This document shows, piece by piece, positions 28,379 through 39,612 of a DNA stretch of 64,000 nt. Source of the stretch: a virus. A model generated the notes under the pieces. It did not search any database and had not been told where the DNA came from. It saw only the letters and a list, made by a program, of their open reading frames with translations. How positions within the stretch are numbered: the first letter of the stretch is position 1; every line of letters begins with the position of its first letter. The stretch lies in IMG/VR virus record IMGVR_UViG_3300013958_000126, positions 1 to 64,000 of that record; one strand, given 5' to 3'. Position numbers and translations under genes: made by a program.

Positions 28379-29133
28379 ACATTATTGCTCGCAATCTTTA
28401 AAAGTAATTCTCTATTAATTCCCGGATACCAAGACTCAATCTGATTAATTAAATCTTCAATCATGATCTGAAGCTCCGGAGCAGCTGTTCCATGAGCGCC
28501 ACCATCTTTTGATCCTCTCTCAACATAAATATGCGCTAATTCAGTAATATTTATTTTGAAAGTAAAATTCATGGGGATTGCTAGTGGATATAAACCACGT
28601 TTTACATCTTTATTATTTTCTAATCCTTTTTTGATGAAACCATTATTTGACCTTACATAAGTATCACCATAATAACTAATCTCACCAGGAATTTTCGTAC
28701 CAAGATATTTTAATACTTCATCCCATGTGATAATTTTATCTTCATACCATTCAGAAACTTCTCCTTCATGGTAATCTGCAAGCCTTGTACTGCTACGAAT
28801 AATTCTGTTATCCATTCTCTTTGCGTGGGAGTCAAGATCGTCGGTTGCTCCTCTATGAAGACCTTCTACAACAACTGAAATATCTTCAAATCGCAGCATT
28901 GTAATATGCTTTTGTCCCCATTTAAGAAGTTTTGCTACTTCTTTGTCGAATTTAATTTTTAATTCATCATCCTCTGGCGAATCTAATGGCCTCCCATAAC
29001 GATCTGTGCAATGATCTACCATTTCTTTGAGCTGCTGCTCTATCTCTCTATTCCATGTTCTTTTGCTCATGTACATTGTTCTGATTGCATCTCTAATTGA
29101 GTGCATTTCTGTAAGGGTTACTTTCATGTCCAC
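28375..29133 (-). CDS. Hypothetical protein; weak resemblance to divergent flavin-dependent thymidylate synthase (ThyX-like)
   Basis: 252 aa; HITMLRFEDISVVVEGLHRG ... SSTRLADY and ERG..GGAHGTAAPELQ loosely parallel ThyX blocks but canonical RHR..S motif absent. Confidence 0.3.
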   Translation of the reverse strand: MDMKVTLTEMHSIRDAIRTMYMSKRTWNREIEQQLKEMVDHCTDRYGRPLDSPEDDELKIKFDKEVAKLLKWGQKHITMLRFEDISVVVEGLHRGATDDLDSHAKRMDNRIIRSSTRLADYHEGEVSEWYEDKIITWDEVLKYLGTKIPGEISYYGDTYVRSNNGFIKKGLENNKDVKRGLYPLAIPMNFTFKINITELAHIYVERGSKDGGAHGTAAPELQIMIEDLINQIESWYPGINRELLLKIASNNV

Positions 29134-29210
29134 ATATCTCCTTGAGTTAATTTAATTTATTTTCCCTGTGCCATTATAATAGCACCGTAGGCTTCTGATG
29201 TCAATACTAA

Positions 29211-29230
29211 AAGTTAATTTAATTTGTTTT
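29211..29230 (-). promoter_or_regulatory. Instance of long variant of the motif (sense AAAACAAATTAAATTAACTT), overlapping stop of 29219-29992
   Basis: Identical 20-mer also at 46754-46773 and 56842-56861. Confidence 0.4.
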
Positions 29231-29992
29231 ATTTTTTAAAAGTTCATTTACGAATGTTTTCATAGGTTCTCTCATATTAACATTTTCATGTAGCCACTCC
29301 AGATACTCAGGATCTGTCTTTGCAACATCTGTCAGTAATTCATCCTTATGCTTTTTGTATGGACATTTGTATGTCTCAATATCCGGTAAATCATATGCAT
29401 CAGTATCATCTTTAAAAGAAATATCAATGTCTTTTCTGGAAGCCAAATAATCTGCTACATGTACAATTTTCCCTAACTGTGATTTTGGCTTTGGTAATAC
29501 AATACTTTCTCTATCACTTGTGTTCCATTGTCCCATATGAGACGAAACAGCATCAGCAATAATCTCAAGTTCATCATCTTCGAGATATAATCCTTTATAA
29601 TTACGAATATATTCTGCTGCCAACAACGGATGATTAAATACAGTAAACACCTTTTTTCCATCCTTTGCCTTTTCTTCATATATTTCTGCAGTACCAGACT
29701 TTTGAATATCATGTGCCAAACAAGCAACACGTCCAAGATCTATCCATCTCTCATCAAACTGATTCTGGTACTGTTCTAATCCGATGATATAATTGTAAAT
29801 CCTTAATACTGCTTTTGTATGACGCATTAAACCGCCATCACCCAGCGCGTATGCCGGGTGATATTTACCTGTAGAACTTGCCGCAACTTTGAAAAAATAG
29901 TCTGGGGCATCGTCCAAAACAACTTTTGCAAAATCACGAATATCATCTGAAGTAATTGTTTTTAATTCGTTTTTAAATAATTCTGACTTCAT
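29219..29992 (-). CDS. HD-domain phosphohydrolase
   Basis: 257 aa; H ... HD ... D metal-binding pattern (GKYHPAYA, CLAHDIQK). Confidence 0.65.
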   Translation of the reverse strand: MKSELFKNELKTITSDDIRDFAKVVLDDAPDYFFKVAASSTGKYHPAYALGDGGLMRHTKAVLRIYNYIIGLEQYQNQFDERWIDLGRVACLAHDIQKSGTAEIYEEKAKDGKKVFTVFNHPLLAAEYIRNYKGLYLEDDELEIIADAVSSHMGQWNTSDRESIVLPKPKSQLGKIVHVADYLASRKDIDISFKDDTDAYDLPDIETYKCPYKKHKDELLTDVAKTDPEYLEWLHENVNMREPMKTFVNELLKNKTN

Positions 29993-32292
29993 TTGCTCTC
30001 CTTTTTGTTTAATTTAATTTTTAACTTCTTTAATATATCTAATAAAAAAGTGTTCCTCTTAAAATTCTCTTTCTTTTTAATGGATCTGTTTACAGTGTCT
30101 TTATCTCCAATATGAAAGCATTTTTCTTTTGTACGTGTTAATGCCACATATAATAAATTAGAATTCATCATATAAGCATGACAAGATGGTGTAAGTGTAA
30201 TCGTCACCTTAGCACTTCCTCCTTGGCTTTTATGAATAGAAATTGCATATCCAAGCAGCAACATTGACATTTCTGATTTTTCATATTTTACTCTGACACC
30301 ATCAAAATCAATAATAGCGCCTGTCTTATGTTCATTTGTATATGGAATAATTTCGTCATAAATATCAATAATCTTTCCTAACATACCATTAGGAATAAAT
30401 GTGTTCTTTATAGAAGGTTCATCATTTTGAGAAGCATTTTCTATATTCATATCCCCCATATCCACTTCTGCTTCATAATTATTTTTGATCTGAATTACTA
30501 TATCACCAACGTAATATGTCGTATCTCCAGATTTGATACATTTTTCTGATCCATAGTTTGGATTAGCAATTTTCTGGATTGCATTATTAATTGCAATAGT
30601 ACCACAATCACCTTTATTGAAAGCAGATAGAACAAGGATATCTTCAGGAACATATTGAGAAAGAAGCTTCTGATATAATCCAATTGCACATTTTACTGCT
30701 TGTTCATTATTAGCATTAATAAAAGTATAATCCTTGCCAAATTTTACCATACCATTACTCAAATCATATAAATATGGTTTCATATTTCTAACATCAGTAG
30801 CAACTTTCATTAACCCACCCTCAGCATACCTGAAAATTTGATTCAAAGTCACTGTAGGTATAATAAATGAATTGATCATATCGTAAAGTAGATTTCCCGG
30901 CCCAACAGATGGAAGCTGCGCTGAATCACCTACAACAATAAGTTTCGTTCTGCTAAAATCAATTGCGTCACACAAATGTAAGAACAGAAATATATCTGTC
31001 ATAGAGAATTCATCTACAAGAACAACATCAAATGGGAGTTTGCATTCACTATCATATCCCCACCTATTCTTCGGCATATAACCTAAGCCACGATGAATTG
31101 TAGCCGCTGGCTTACCGGTATAATCACTCAACACTTTTGCAGCGCGTCCTGTTGGAGCCATTAAAGTATATGAAATATTGTTATCCTCCAACATTTTAAT
31201 GATCATTGCGGAAGTGGCACTTTTACCTGATCCTGCAAAACCATTCAGTATCATAATATTATTGTTACATATACATTCCAATGCACTGGTTTGTTCGTCA
31301 GTTAAATGATACTCTCCCGACGTCTGATAACTCTTCCAGTCAAAATCCCATATTTTAGGTTTTAAGTTTGCTACAAATAATATAGCAGCTATAGCAGTTT
31401 CAGTATCATGTGTGGCTTTTAAAGATACTTCAAAAGTATCTTTGTTATAATAAATATCTGGATCCTTTAAACATTCAACATAATGTGATGAACAAGCAGG
31501 AACAAGTCTTACAACCTGTTTTCTGAGATCGCGGAGATCCATTTTAGTATTTCCCTCTTTTTGATTCTCTTCCAAATAATATTCCATACATGCTGCACAT
31601 CTTTGCGCAGATGATTTTAATTCAAACGGAAAATTGATCTTGCCAAGTCTCTGCAATTCTAAAAGAATACTATCTGCCTTAATAAAACCTACACCAGATA
31701 TTTTTGTCAAAGATTTATATGGTTGTTTTCTCAATTCTTGTTTCATTTTAGGGATTGATTTAAATTCATCATATAATTTCTTTAACATTGACATTGTGAG
31801 AATTCCACCAAATTCAATTACTAAATCATAGATACAATAATTCTCAACTATTTTTGTTTTAATAGTTTCAAATGTTTTTTCTCCGATACCTTTTAATTTA
31901 TCAAGATCAACAGTATCAGCTTCTCCTCTTAACACAATATCAATAATATCTGGATAATGCTGCCAAAGTACTCCTGCCTGGTTCTCAGTTAAAATTTCTC
32001 TTAAGAACATATAAACTTCTTCTTCAGTTTTAGGCTTATCCATTCTCACATTTACAATATCATACCCAAAACCATATTTATCGAGCTGTTCCACAGCCGT
32101 AATTTCATACGACTGTGAAACTACTAAATTATGTACGTTTCCATAAATAGTAACATTATCATATTTATTATGTTTAATATTGGGAAACTCTTTTTTATCT
32201 ACATCTGTAGCATAAATCTTATAATCCTCCGAATTATACATGCACTTTACGATTTTACAATTAAATTTCACTTCTTTTTTACTCATATTCAC
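29989..32292 (-). CDS. SF1B DNA helicase, RecD/Dda-like, with ~330-aa N-terminal extension
   Basis: 767 aa; Walker A GFAGSGKSAT, Walker B VVLVDEFSM, motif III GDSAQLPSVGPG, motif V SIHKSQGGSA, motif VI YVALTRTKEK. Confidence 0.85.
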   Translation of the reverse strand: MNMSKKEVKFNCKIVKCMYNSEDYKIYATDVDKKEFPNIKHNKYDNVTIYGNVHNLVVSQSYEITAVEQLDKYGFGYDIVNVRMDKPKTEEEVYMFLREILTENQAGVLWQHYPDIIDIVLRGEADTVDLDKLKGIGEKTFETIKTKIVENYCIYDLVIEFGGILTMSMLKKLYDEFKSIPKMKQELRKQPYKSLTKISGVGFIKADSILLELQRLGKINFPFELKSSAQRCAACMEYYLEENQKEGNTKMDLRDLRKQVVRLVPACSSHYVECLKDPDIYYNKDTFEVSLKATHDTETAIAAILFVANLKPKIWDFDWKSYQTSGEYHLTDEQTSALECICNNNIMILNGFAGSGKSATSAMIIKMLEDNNISYTLMAPTGRAAKVLSDYTGKPAATIHRGLGYMPKNRWGYDSECKLPFDVVLVDEFSMTDIFLFLHLCDAIDFSRTKLIVVGDSAQLPSVGPGNLLYDMINSFIIPTVTLNQIFRYAEGGLMKVATDVRNMKPYLYDLSNGMVKFGKDYTFINANNEQAVKCAIGLYQKLLSQYVPEDILVLSAFNKGDCGTIAINNAIQKIANPNYGSEKCIKSGDTTYYVGDIVIQIKNNYEAEVDMGDMNIENASQNDEPSIKNTFIPNGMLGKIIDIYDEIIPYTNEHKTGAIIDFDGVRVKYEKSEMSMLLLGYAISIHKSQGGSAKVTITLTPSCHAYMMNSNLLYVALTRTKEKCFHIGDKDTVNRSIKKKENFKRNTFLLDILKKLKIKLNKKESK
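30007..30022 (-). promoter_or_regulatory. Instance of recurrent AT-rich motif
   Basis: GTTTAATTTAATTTTT on + strand between helicase and HD genes. Confidence 0.4.
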
Positions 32293-32294
32293 AC

Positions 32295-35200
32295 CTATTT
32301 AATTACTTCATATTCATCAAGTATATTTTCAAGTTCATCTGTTTCCTGCCATGTTCCATTCACACATTTTTTCTTCTTTTTCTTTGTAAAGTGTGGGACT
32401 TTCAAAATAGAAAATTCACCAAATGGATTATCCTGATATACTTTTATACTGGTTACTCTTGCTTTTACATCCTCTCCGGTTTTAATATTATGTAATACAC
32501 AATATGGTTTTCTGACTTCCTTGAATGTTTTATAATCTGTCACGACGTAAAAACATTGATTTACTTTTGGATTTACATATACAACATACTGAAGATATTC
32601 CTTTTCGAATTTTACCTGATCAATGACAGACATTGCTTTATTTTCTAAACGACTAGATAACTCAGCTATAAGCCCTGTATTATCCAAATCCCTATATTGA
32701 GAAGCAGTCTCTTTCCCGGCATATTTCTTCATCAGATACTCTGTCAAGCCAAGACTTTCCATCTTTTTTTTACTGATAATCTTACATAAAGCAAATTTGT
32801 CGTAGATCTCGGATACTTGCATCAAATACTGATTTTTTCCAAACTCCTCGAAATAATTTAATCCAATAAGAATCGTTAGCTGTCTGGAATTTACAGATGT
32901 TTTTGTATTTACATCTGCCAGAACTTCTGTAAAATTGTTATATCGATTCGTTGCTAATTCAAGAAGATCATCTGCTATTTGAGCATTACAGAATTTAATT
33001 GATGCAATACCCTTATATAATGCATGATTCGCTTTATCTACGGTATATTCGGCACCGGATTTTCGGAACTTGATATTTTTTATTTCAATGTTCTTTATCT
33101 TCGCCAATTCAGTCCCCATCAGAATATCATCTGTATTGTTTGCACAGTTTAAATATGCAGCAATGAATTCTTCTGGATAATAATACCTACAGAATGCACA
33201 CATATAACCAATCATAGAATAGCCTGTTGAATGATTATACCCAAATTGATAATTTGCACTATCCTCAATAATCTGTAAGAACGCCCTTGCTTCCTTCTCT
33301 GCTATTTCTCTTGGCTGAGAAGACATTTTACAATACCCATTCAAAATATCAGGCAAAGCTTTCTGCAGTCGATCCATCTGTTTACGTCCGATTGCTCGTC
33401 GAACGTTATCAGCAGCAGACCCACTTAACCCGCATATATTTTGAAGAAACTTAATGGTGTCCTCCTGAAAAATAAGAAATCCTCTATTATCTTTCAGCAA
33501 TTCATCAATAAGTGGTGATGGATTTTTATTTGTCTCACCTGCCAGCAGCCTATCTCGATATGAAGCCCCAGATGGTCTTAGTGACGCATTTATCATTGAT
33601 AAATCGTTGATACATTGTGGGCCATAATTCTTAAGCATTTCATATGCGTATGGCGATTCGAACTGAAATACACCAGCAGGACAAAGAACAATATCATTCC
33701 ATACCTTCTTATCATTCCAGTTAATCTGATGTGATTTTGGATATGGAAGTCCGGCATATTCATAGCACTTTCGAATAATTTCCAGATTCTTTAGTCCAAG
33801 TAAATCGTATTTAACAAGACCGGCTCCATCATGAATTTCTTCCATATTAATACACATAATACGTTTTCCATCATTCCAAAACGTTCCATAGTTGTCTGGA
33901 AGTGTTACCGGAGAAACTACAATGCCTGCCGGATGAATTGACTGAGAAACCGGAGTGCCGTTAATTCCATCAAAATAATAGAACAATTTCCTGTACTGAT
34001 TATCTTTCAAATCATTCATTTGCTTTATAGCCTTGTCACGCTCAGTTATTTTATTTTCATAATCACGACGTAGGCCATAATATTCTGATTCTTTATCTGC
34101 CTGTTTAATTTCATCGAAATGAATCATATCTTCGATTTCTTTAATTCTTTTTCCGGTTGATTCAATTGTATCTTTATAGGCACTATACATTTCCTTAATA
34201 TGTGCAACCTCATCAAGTGGAATATCTAAAGCACGCCCGATTTCATCAATAGTGCCTTTATCAGACACAGTTCCGATAGCAAGAATATATGCTGTCTTAT
34301 CATATCCAAATGACTCAATGATGTGATTGTAAACTAATTCTCGCTGATCTGGTGAAATATCAAGATCAATATCTCCAACCTCTTCACGATCTTCATTTGC
34401 AAATCGTGAAAAAATTGTATTCCATATAACTGGATCAACATCAATGATATCTGTTATGTATGCAACAGTAGAACCACCTACAGATCCTCTACATGGCCCA
34501 ACTGGTATACCATTTTCCCAACACCAACATACCAGTTCGGACATAAAGAGCATAAATCCAATCATATTAATCTTTTTAAATACACGCATTTCCTCTTTGA
34601 TACGCTTCACGTATTCTGGAATTTTTTCCTTTTTGATAATTCCTGCATCAATTTTCTCATGCAATTTATCAAAAATTCTTTTCTTTAATACTTCCTCTTC
34701 ATTGTCGTACAATTTTGGATATTTTACAGAAGTATCAAGTTCGAAATCAGTAACAGAATCAGCCATCACATTTGTATTCTCTATTGCCTGCAGAATCACA
34801 TCAAATGGAATATCGCAATTCTGAATGCGGAACATTTCAACCAACTCTTCGTAAGTCTTTAATGTCAGATCAAATTTATCTTCATCAGCATATTCGATAC
34901 GTTTTGCTTTCTGTAAAATGCTTCTGCATTCAGCTTTATAATAATCAATGCTATGTGTATCTGTTCCGGCGATTAAAGGTTTCCCTGTTTGTTTTGATGC
35001 AGCATATAAAAATTCGTTATATCGTTTCTGCTCTGGAAAATCATGCGGCTGAATTTCATAGTAATCATATGTTTCCAGTAACTTATAAAAAGTCTCTCTC
35101 GCTGTCACATTCATAAGCTGAACTTCTTCAAGCAGATTATCATAATATTGCTTCAACTTATCAATTTGAGCTTCGATATAATGCAAATATGAATCCCCTG

Positions 35201-35804
35201 GAATACATCCGTTTATTACCCACGGTAACTCCTCTTCTTCAAAGTCATCAAACTGTTTAAACCATTTTGTCATGGCTTTTTGATCACTCTTTTGCTTTTC
35301 AAATTCAGCTACTTTATTTGCCAGTTCCTGCTTTAATGCTGCAGACTTTTCCGCTATTTGCTTTTGGATATCCTTTGGGTATTTATTCAAAGGTGATGCC
35401 AAACAAGCAGAAATCTTGATTACATTATCTGAAATATTAAAAAATTCTTCAAATGTAATACGTGGTTTATAATATCTATGATCCGGTTGTGTAGATTTAT
35501 CAATCAAAAGATTGATTTCTTTTACACCTTCATAGTTTTTAGCCAAAAGAATTGTATGATAATTGTCCCTCACCTTCTCTTCTAGTGAAGCTGTTAAATA
35601 ACACTCAACTCCGTGTATGTATTTCAATCCTTTTGAATTGATATACATCTTTTTTTCAACCCAATTGTAGGCATTACCATGTTCCGTCAGAGCTAAGGCT
35701 TTATACCCTAGCTCCGATACACGGTCTGCATATTCTTTATAACCAGTACAACTATCAAGAAGAGAACGGTTTGAGTGGCAATGATAAATAGTATACTGTC
35801 CCAT
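32295..35804 (-). CDS. DNA polymerase III alpha-type catalytic subunit (DnaE/PolC family, PHP domain)
   Basis: 1169 aa; N-terminal PHP motif YHCHSNRSLLDS ... LTEHGN, catalytic acidic cluster GDIDLDISPDQRE. Confidence 0.8.
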   Translation of the reverse strand: MGQYTIYHCHSNRSLLDSCTGYKEYADRVSELGYKALALTEHGNAYNWVEKKMYINSKGLKYIHGVECYLTASLEEKVRDNYHTILLAKNYEGVKEINLLIDKSTQPDHRYYKPRITFEEFFNISDNVIKISACLASPLNKYPKDIQKQIAEKSAALKQELANKVAEFEKQKSDQKAMTKWFKQFDDFEEEELPWVINGCIPGDSYLHYIEAQIDKLKQYYDNLLEEVQLMNVTARETFYKLLETYDYYEIQPHDFPEQKRYNEFLYAASKQTGKPLIAGTDTHSIDYYKAECRSILQKAKRIEYADEDKFDLTLKTYEELVEMFRIQNCDIPFDVILQAIENTNVMADSVTDFELDTSVKYPKLYDNEEEVLKKRIFDKLHEKIDAGIIKKEKIPEYVKRIKEEMRVFKKINMIGFMLFMSELVCWCWENGIPVGPCRGSVGGSTVAYITDIIDVDPVIWNTIFSRFANEDREEVGDIDLDISPDQRELVYNHIIESFGYDKTAYILAIGTVSDKGTIDEIGRALDIPLDEVAHIKEMYSAYKDTIESTGKRIKEIEDMIHFDEIKQADKESEYYGLRRDYENKITERDKAIKQMNDLKDNQYRKLFYYFDGINGTPVSQSIHPAGIVVSPVTLPDNYGTFWNDGKRIMCINMEEIHDGAGLVKYDLLGLKNLEIIRKCYEYAGLPYPKSHQINWNDKKVWNDIVLCPAGVFQFESPYAYEMLKNYGPQCINDLSMINASLRPSGASYRDRLLAGETNKNPSPLIDELLKDNRGFLIFQEDTIKFLQNICGLSGSAADNVRRAIGRKQMDRLQKALPDILNGYCKMSSQPREIAEKEARAFLQIIEDSANYQFGYNHSTGYSMIGYMCAFCRYYYPEEFIAAYLNCANNTDDILMGTELAKIKNIEIKNIKFRKSGAEYTVDKANHALYKGIASIKFCNAQIADDLLELATNRYNNFTEVLADVNTKTSVNSRQLTILIGLNYFEEFGKNQYLMQVSEIYDKFALCKIISKKKMESLGLTEYLMKKYAGKETASQYRDLDNTGLIAELSSRLENKAMSVIDQVKFEKEYLQYVVYVNPKVNQCFYVVTDYKTFKEVRKPYCVLHNIKTGEDVKARVTSIKVYQDNPFGEFSILKVPHFTKKKKKKCVNGTWQETDELENILDEYEVIK

Positions 35805-35813
35805 TTTATCTCC

Positions 35814-36995
35814 TTATAAATCGTTAAGCCAATCTAAGTTATCAATGTCGTATTCTTCATCCTGCTTATTTTTCGTACCCAAAATATCTCCATTTTTCTT
35901 TGCATCTTGAGCATCAAGATAAGCTTTTAACGGTTTATAAAGTTTAGTGGAATAACCACACAAATTCGTAAGATAATAACTTTGCTTTTTTAGACTCTCT
36001 TCATCTTCCCACCAAAGTTTATCTGCTTCATCATATTTTCCTGCTGCCTTTAGCTCCGCATATGTAGCTTCTTTATCACGAATCATTTTCATAGTATTGA
36101 TAATAAAATTTTCCCAATACTGAATCAGCTCCGGAGTCAAGTCAACATATACATAACAATCATGCAATTCATATTTCTCCTGTACTTCCGGTGGAAGACA
36201 GGTAATATCATTTGTTTGAGCTAATTTATCCAGATACTCCAGCATGTTTTCTTCATATCCGAATTCTTTTAACCACATCTTTGCATTTGCCTGTAGCTTC
36301 TCCCCAAGCTCAAAGCGTTCGATTTCTCTTACTTTCTTTACACCTTTTTTAGATTGAACAGTTACACACTGATATTTAAGGAAATTCCATGCAATTTTGA
36401 TCTTTTCAAACGGAATTCCAATCTGATGTAAAGCCAGAGAGTACATTACCAACTGCCCACATTCATTTTTCGCTTTATCTCCCTTATATATGCTGCTTGT
36501 CTTCCAATCTAATATAGTATAATTACCATTTTCATCTGTCACCAGAGCGTCAATATACCCCTGGTAATATTCATCACCAACCTTTACGGTTACAAACTTT
36601 TCAATATCAATATGATCAGTAATCTTCTCGTGTGTCTCAAAGAAATTTTTCAAATCATAATAATACTTAGTTGCAATACTATTGTTTCTGGCACCATCTC
36701 CACGAACAAATTTTAGATCAGCAATATCAAATGCCATCATCCATCCTTCATCAAACTCTTCAGCCATTTTTTCATAAGCTAATTCTTCAGTATAAAATCG
36801 CTCTATAATATCATGACTAATACCGCCAGTTACTTTATAAATAGAATCATCACGATCCTCTTTTTTATGTAATACATACTTCAAAAAATACTCATAGAGA
36901 CCATTGTGTACGCAGTTTACACGGCTCCATGAATTGAGTCTATCGACTCCAAGTGCCTCGCACATCTTCTGCAGTTCTTCATAGCTTAATCTCAA
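35814..36995 (-). CDS. PD-(D/E)XK nuclease (RecB/Cas4-like exonuclease)
   Basis: 393 aa; GYIDALVTDENGNYTILDWKTS ... QLVMYSLAL core. Confidence 0.65.
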   Translation of the reverse strand: MRLSYEELQKMCEALGVDRLNSWSRVNCVHNGLYEYFLKYVLHKKEDRDDSIYKVTGGISHDIIERFYTEELAYEKMAEEFDEGWMMAFDIADLKFVRGDGARNNSIATKYYYDLKNFFETHEKITDHIDIEKFVTVKVGDEYYQGYIDALVTDENGNYTILDWKTSSIYKGDKAKNECGQLVMYSLALHQIGIPFEKIKIAWNFLKYQCVTVQSKKGVKKVREIERFELGEKLQANAKMWLKEFGYEENMLEYLDKLAQTNDITCLPPEVQEKYELHDCYVYVDLTPELIQYWENFIINTMKMIRDKEATYAELKAAGKYDEADKLWWEDEESLKKQSYYLTNLCGYSTKLYKPLKAYLDAQDAKKNGDILGTKNKQDEEYDIDNLDWLNDL

Positions 36996-38075
36996 CTATT
37001 TTTTCAAACTCTTTAAATATTCTCTGTGTTTACTTTCATCATAAGGAATTCTCCATTTAAACAGAAAATTGTATATTTTATTTGGCGCATCTGCAGGTGA
37101 GTCCTTTGGGCCAAGCAGTTTCCATTTATCACGAATGTAGCTGACTTTACGTAATCCGTAAAACTTCTCACACATATTCCAGACCTCTTCTATTGGAACA
37201 TCATTATCCATCGCGATAATAACTTCTTCTACTCCGGTACCAAGTATAATTCGCACCTGCTCATCTGAAAGTACATGGCCTTCAATTGCACCGCCGGTTG
37301 GATCCATTCTGCTATCTCTTTTAAGAACAGATTTCTCGGCCTCGAATATAACAATATATCCTGCTTTCTGAATATCTTTATAATTTTCCCACAATCCATA
37401 TATATTAATTTCTTTTCGCATCCCAGGTGTTATAAAGTACTTTGATATTCCAAATTCAGAACAATTTTCGATGGAACTTCTGGCATTATATCCCATCAGA
37501 GTTCCATCTAGCCAATATCTAATTGGAAATATTGTTCTCCTCCATCTATACGAATATCCAAGTCCAAATTTTTTAATTGTTCGTTTTACAATCCCTTCGC
37601 GAAATAAATCAATATGAATATATGGAACAAAATCATTTAAAATATCTTCACTCATAGGATCAAAGTCATTTACGATACATTTCCTACGCTTAACCACAAA
37701 TCTTGAGAACACGAACCAGGAATCATCCGGCTTTTTCTTCTCCTCTTTTCCTTTGTATAAATTTTTCAATCCTAAAAGTTTATGAAGATATTTCATTGCA
37801 TTTGCAAAATCAATATTTTTATTATACTGAACTAAAGAAATTAAATCCTCACCATCGTCATATTCAACTCCTCTGGTATAATTTCGATAATTCAGATATT
37901 TATTATTTCTTATATTGATGGCGGCTGGATTGTTACAGTCACCACCCACCGCATTAGAGCAGCTATAATAATCCTTGTTATCATGATATACTATATTGCT
38001 ACACCCAATGCTTTCTAAAACATAAGGTATTTTTCCATTTTTTTGAATGTATTCCTTAATCTCTAATGCAGTCAT
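36996..38075 (-). CDS. DnaG-like DNA primase (TOPRIM)
   Basis: 359 aa; N-terminal Cys-rich zinc-binding region, TOPRIM IVIFEAEKSVL ... IAMDNDVP. Confidence 0.65.
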   Translation of the reverse strand: MTALEIKEYIQKNGKIPYVLESIGCSNIVYHDNKDYYSCSNAVGGDCNNPAAINIRNNKYLNYRNYTRGVEYDDGEDLISLVQYNKNIDFANAMKYLHKLLGLKNLYKGKEEKKKPDDSWFVFSRFVVKRRKCIVNDFDPMSEDILNDFVPYIHIDLFREGIVKRTIKKFGLGYSYRWRRTIFPIRYWLDGTLMGYNARSSIENCSEFGISKYFITPGMRKEINIYGLWENYKDIQKAGYIVIFEAEKSVLKRDSRMDPTGGAIEGHVLSDEQVRIILGTGVEEVIIAMDNDVPIEEVWNMCEKFYGLRKVSYIRDKWKLLGPKDSPADAPNKIYNFLFKWRIPYDESKHREYLKSLKK

Positions 38076-38088
38076 ATTTACTCTCCGC

Positions 38089-39612
38089 TTAAAAATCTTG
38101 TGCTATATTACAAATAGCAACATCTTTGTGCATATTTGTACTCAGATCATACTCTGAGATTATCTGAAATTGGTCTGTAGCCCCAAATCTATTTTTAGTA
38201 ATAAATGTAATCATATAATGTTTATCCGGATCCAGATGATACGGAATCTTTGAGGAATTATTTTTCCCCGCCAACTTATAAGCTTTAATCTCATGTGAAC
38301 CACCAGGAAACTCATCTTCAAATGGTTTACGCATCATTAAATTCACACTAAATACATCCAATATATTCTTTGCTTGTCCAATTTCATTATTTGTAAGATA
38401 CCTCATCTTTACTGAAGCTTTCCCTAACTGATATGTAACAAATAATGCTACATTTTTAGCAGCTGGTTTCACAACATCGTAAAGATCAACCATATCTCGT
38501 TCCATAGATTTCCATGTTTCTGTGTCTCTTGAATCAGATGATTCTTTTAATGTATCCAGAACAAACAGCCTTACTCCCATGCTAGAGTATTTTTTTATTA
38601 CTTTGATTGCTGCTTTGACAGTATATTTTTCAAAGGGAACGATTGTAATATTTCTGCGTTCTTTTAACTCTTCAAGATATTTTGCTGCCTTACGAAGCTT
38701 ATCTAAAACATCTTTACTAAAATGGCCATCACGTAAAATATATTTATGTAGTCCAGCACTATATAAATTATTTGCAACCCAGACAAGTAACTCTTTCTTT
38801 ACTTTATCCTGATCTTCTTCATTAATCATAATGACCATTTTTTCATTATGTTCTAATACTGAAGGCATTAAGTAGTTGATTGCTGTTGTTGATTTTCCAA
38901 CACCTGAATTGGCACCTAGACCATAAATGTTTCCATTAAAATTAATGCCGCCAATTTCTCTATTCAAAATATCACAATGTTTAAGTGGCATTCCTACCTG
39001 ACTTCCAGCATTTAATTTATCAATCAAATCAAATAATCCGTCGCAGGCATTATAAGTTTTAACTTCAGATTCCACATTAATAAATGTGTGATTTAAAAGT
39101 GCCTCAAGTTCGTTATATATATCTTCAGCTTTAGCATCGACATATTTACTTAACTTTTCTTTTACAGGAAAGCCCATTCGGGCTAATTTCATTACAGCGT
39201 TCCACTTTTTTACTTCATTCACATAAGAATCAAAATTAGCCTCTTCGATATATGTAAATGAACTTTCAATCTTCCCATATCCACCGTATTCATCGTATTT
39301 CTTACTTAATTTTGAATGTTTCGATAGATACATATTGATTGTAATTTCATCTAATGTATTTTTTTGTTCTACATTGATGATATCGTTCGCAATTGAAAAA
39401 TATACTCTCCAAGCATTATTTGTTATATCTTCCAGTTTCAAAGAAGTGTCTCTGACTAAATCCGGGTTCTTGTAAATAGAAGACACTGCATTTGCTTCTG
39501 CAATTAACTTATATTCATTTACCTTTTTAATAGTCTCAATACATTCCTTTTCAAAAGGGGACATTGTTTTCGCACTACTGCGATCTTTCGTCTTAGTAGT
39601 GATAGATGTCAA
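38089..39612 (-). CDS. DnaB-like replicative helicase
   Basis: 507 aa; Walker A GLGANSGVGKSTTA, Walker B LFVLDTLK, RecA-fold C-terminal domain plus N-terminal helical domain. Confidence 0.7.
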   Translation of the reverse strand: MTSITTKTKDRSSAKTMSPFEKECIETIKKVNEYKLIAEANAVSSIYKNPDLVRDTSLKLEDITNNAWRVYFSIANDIINVEQKNTLDEITINMYLSKHSKLSKKYDEYGGYGKIESSFTYIEEANFDSYVNEVKKWNAVMKLARMGFPVKEKLSKYVDAKAEDIYNELEALLNHTFINVESEVKTYNACDGLFDLIDKLNAGSQVGMPLKHCDILNREIGGINFNGNIYGLGANSGVGKSTTAINYLMPSVLEHNEKMVIMINEEDQDKVKKELLVWVANNLYSAGLHKYILRDGHFSKDVLDKLRKAAKYLEELKERRNITIVPFEKYTVKAAIKVIKKYSSMGVRLFVLDTLKESSDSRDTETWKSMERDMVDLYDVVKPAAKNVALFVTYQLGKASVKMRYLTNNEIGQAKNILDVFSVNLMMRKPFEDEFPGGSHEIKAYKLAGKNNSSKIPYHLDPDKHYMITFITKNRFGATDQFQIISEYDLSTNMHKDVAICNIAQDF

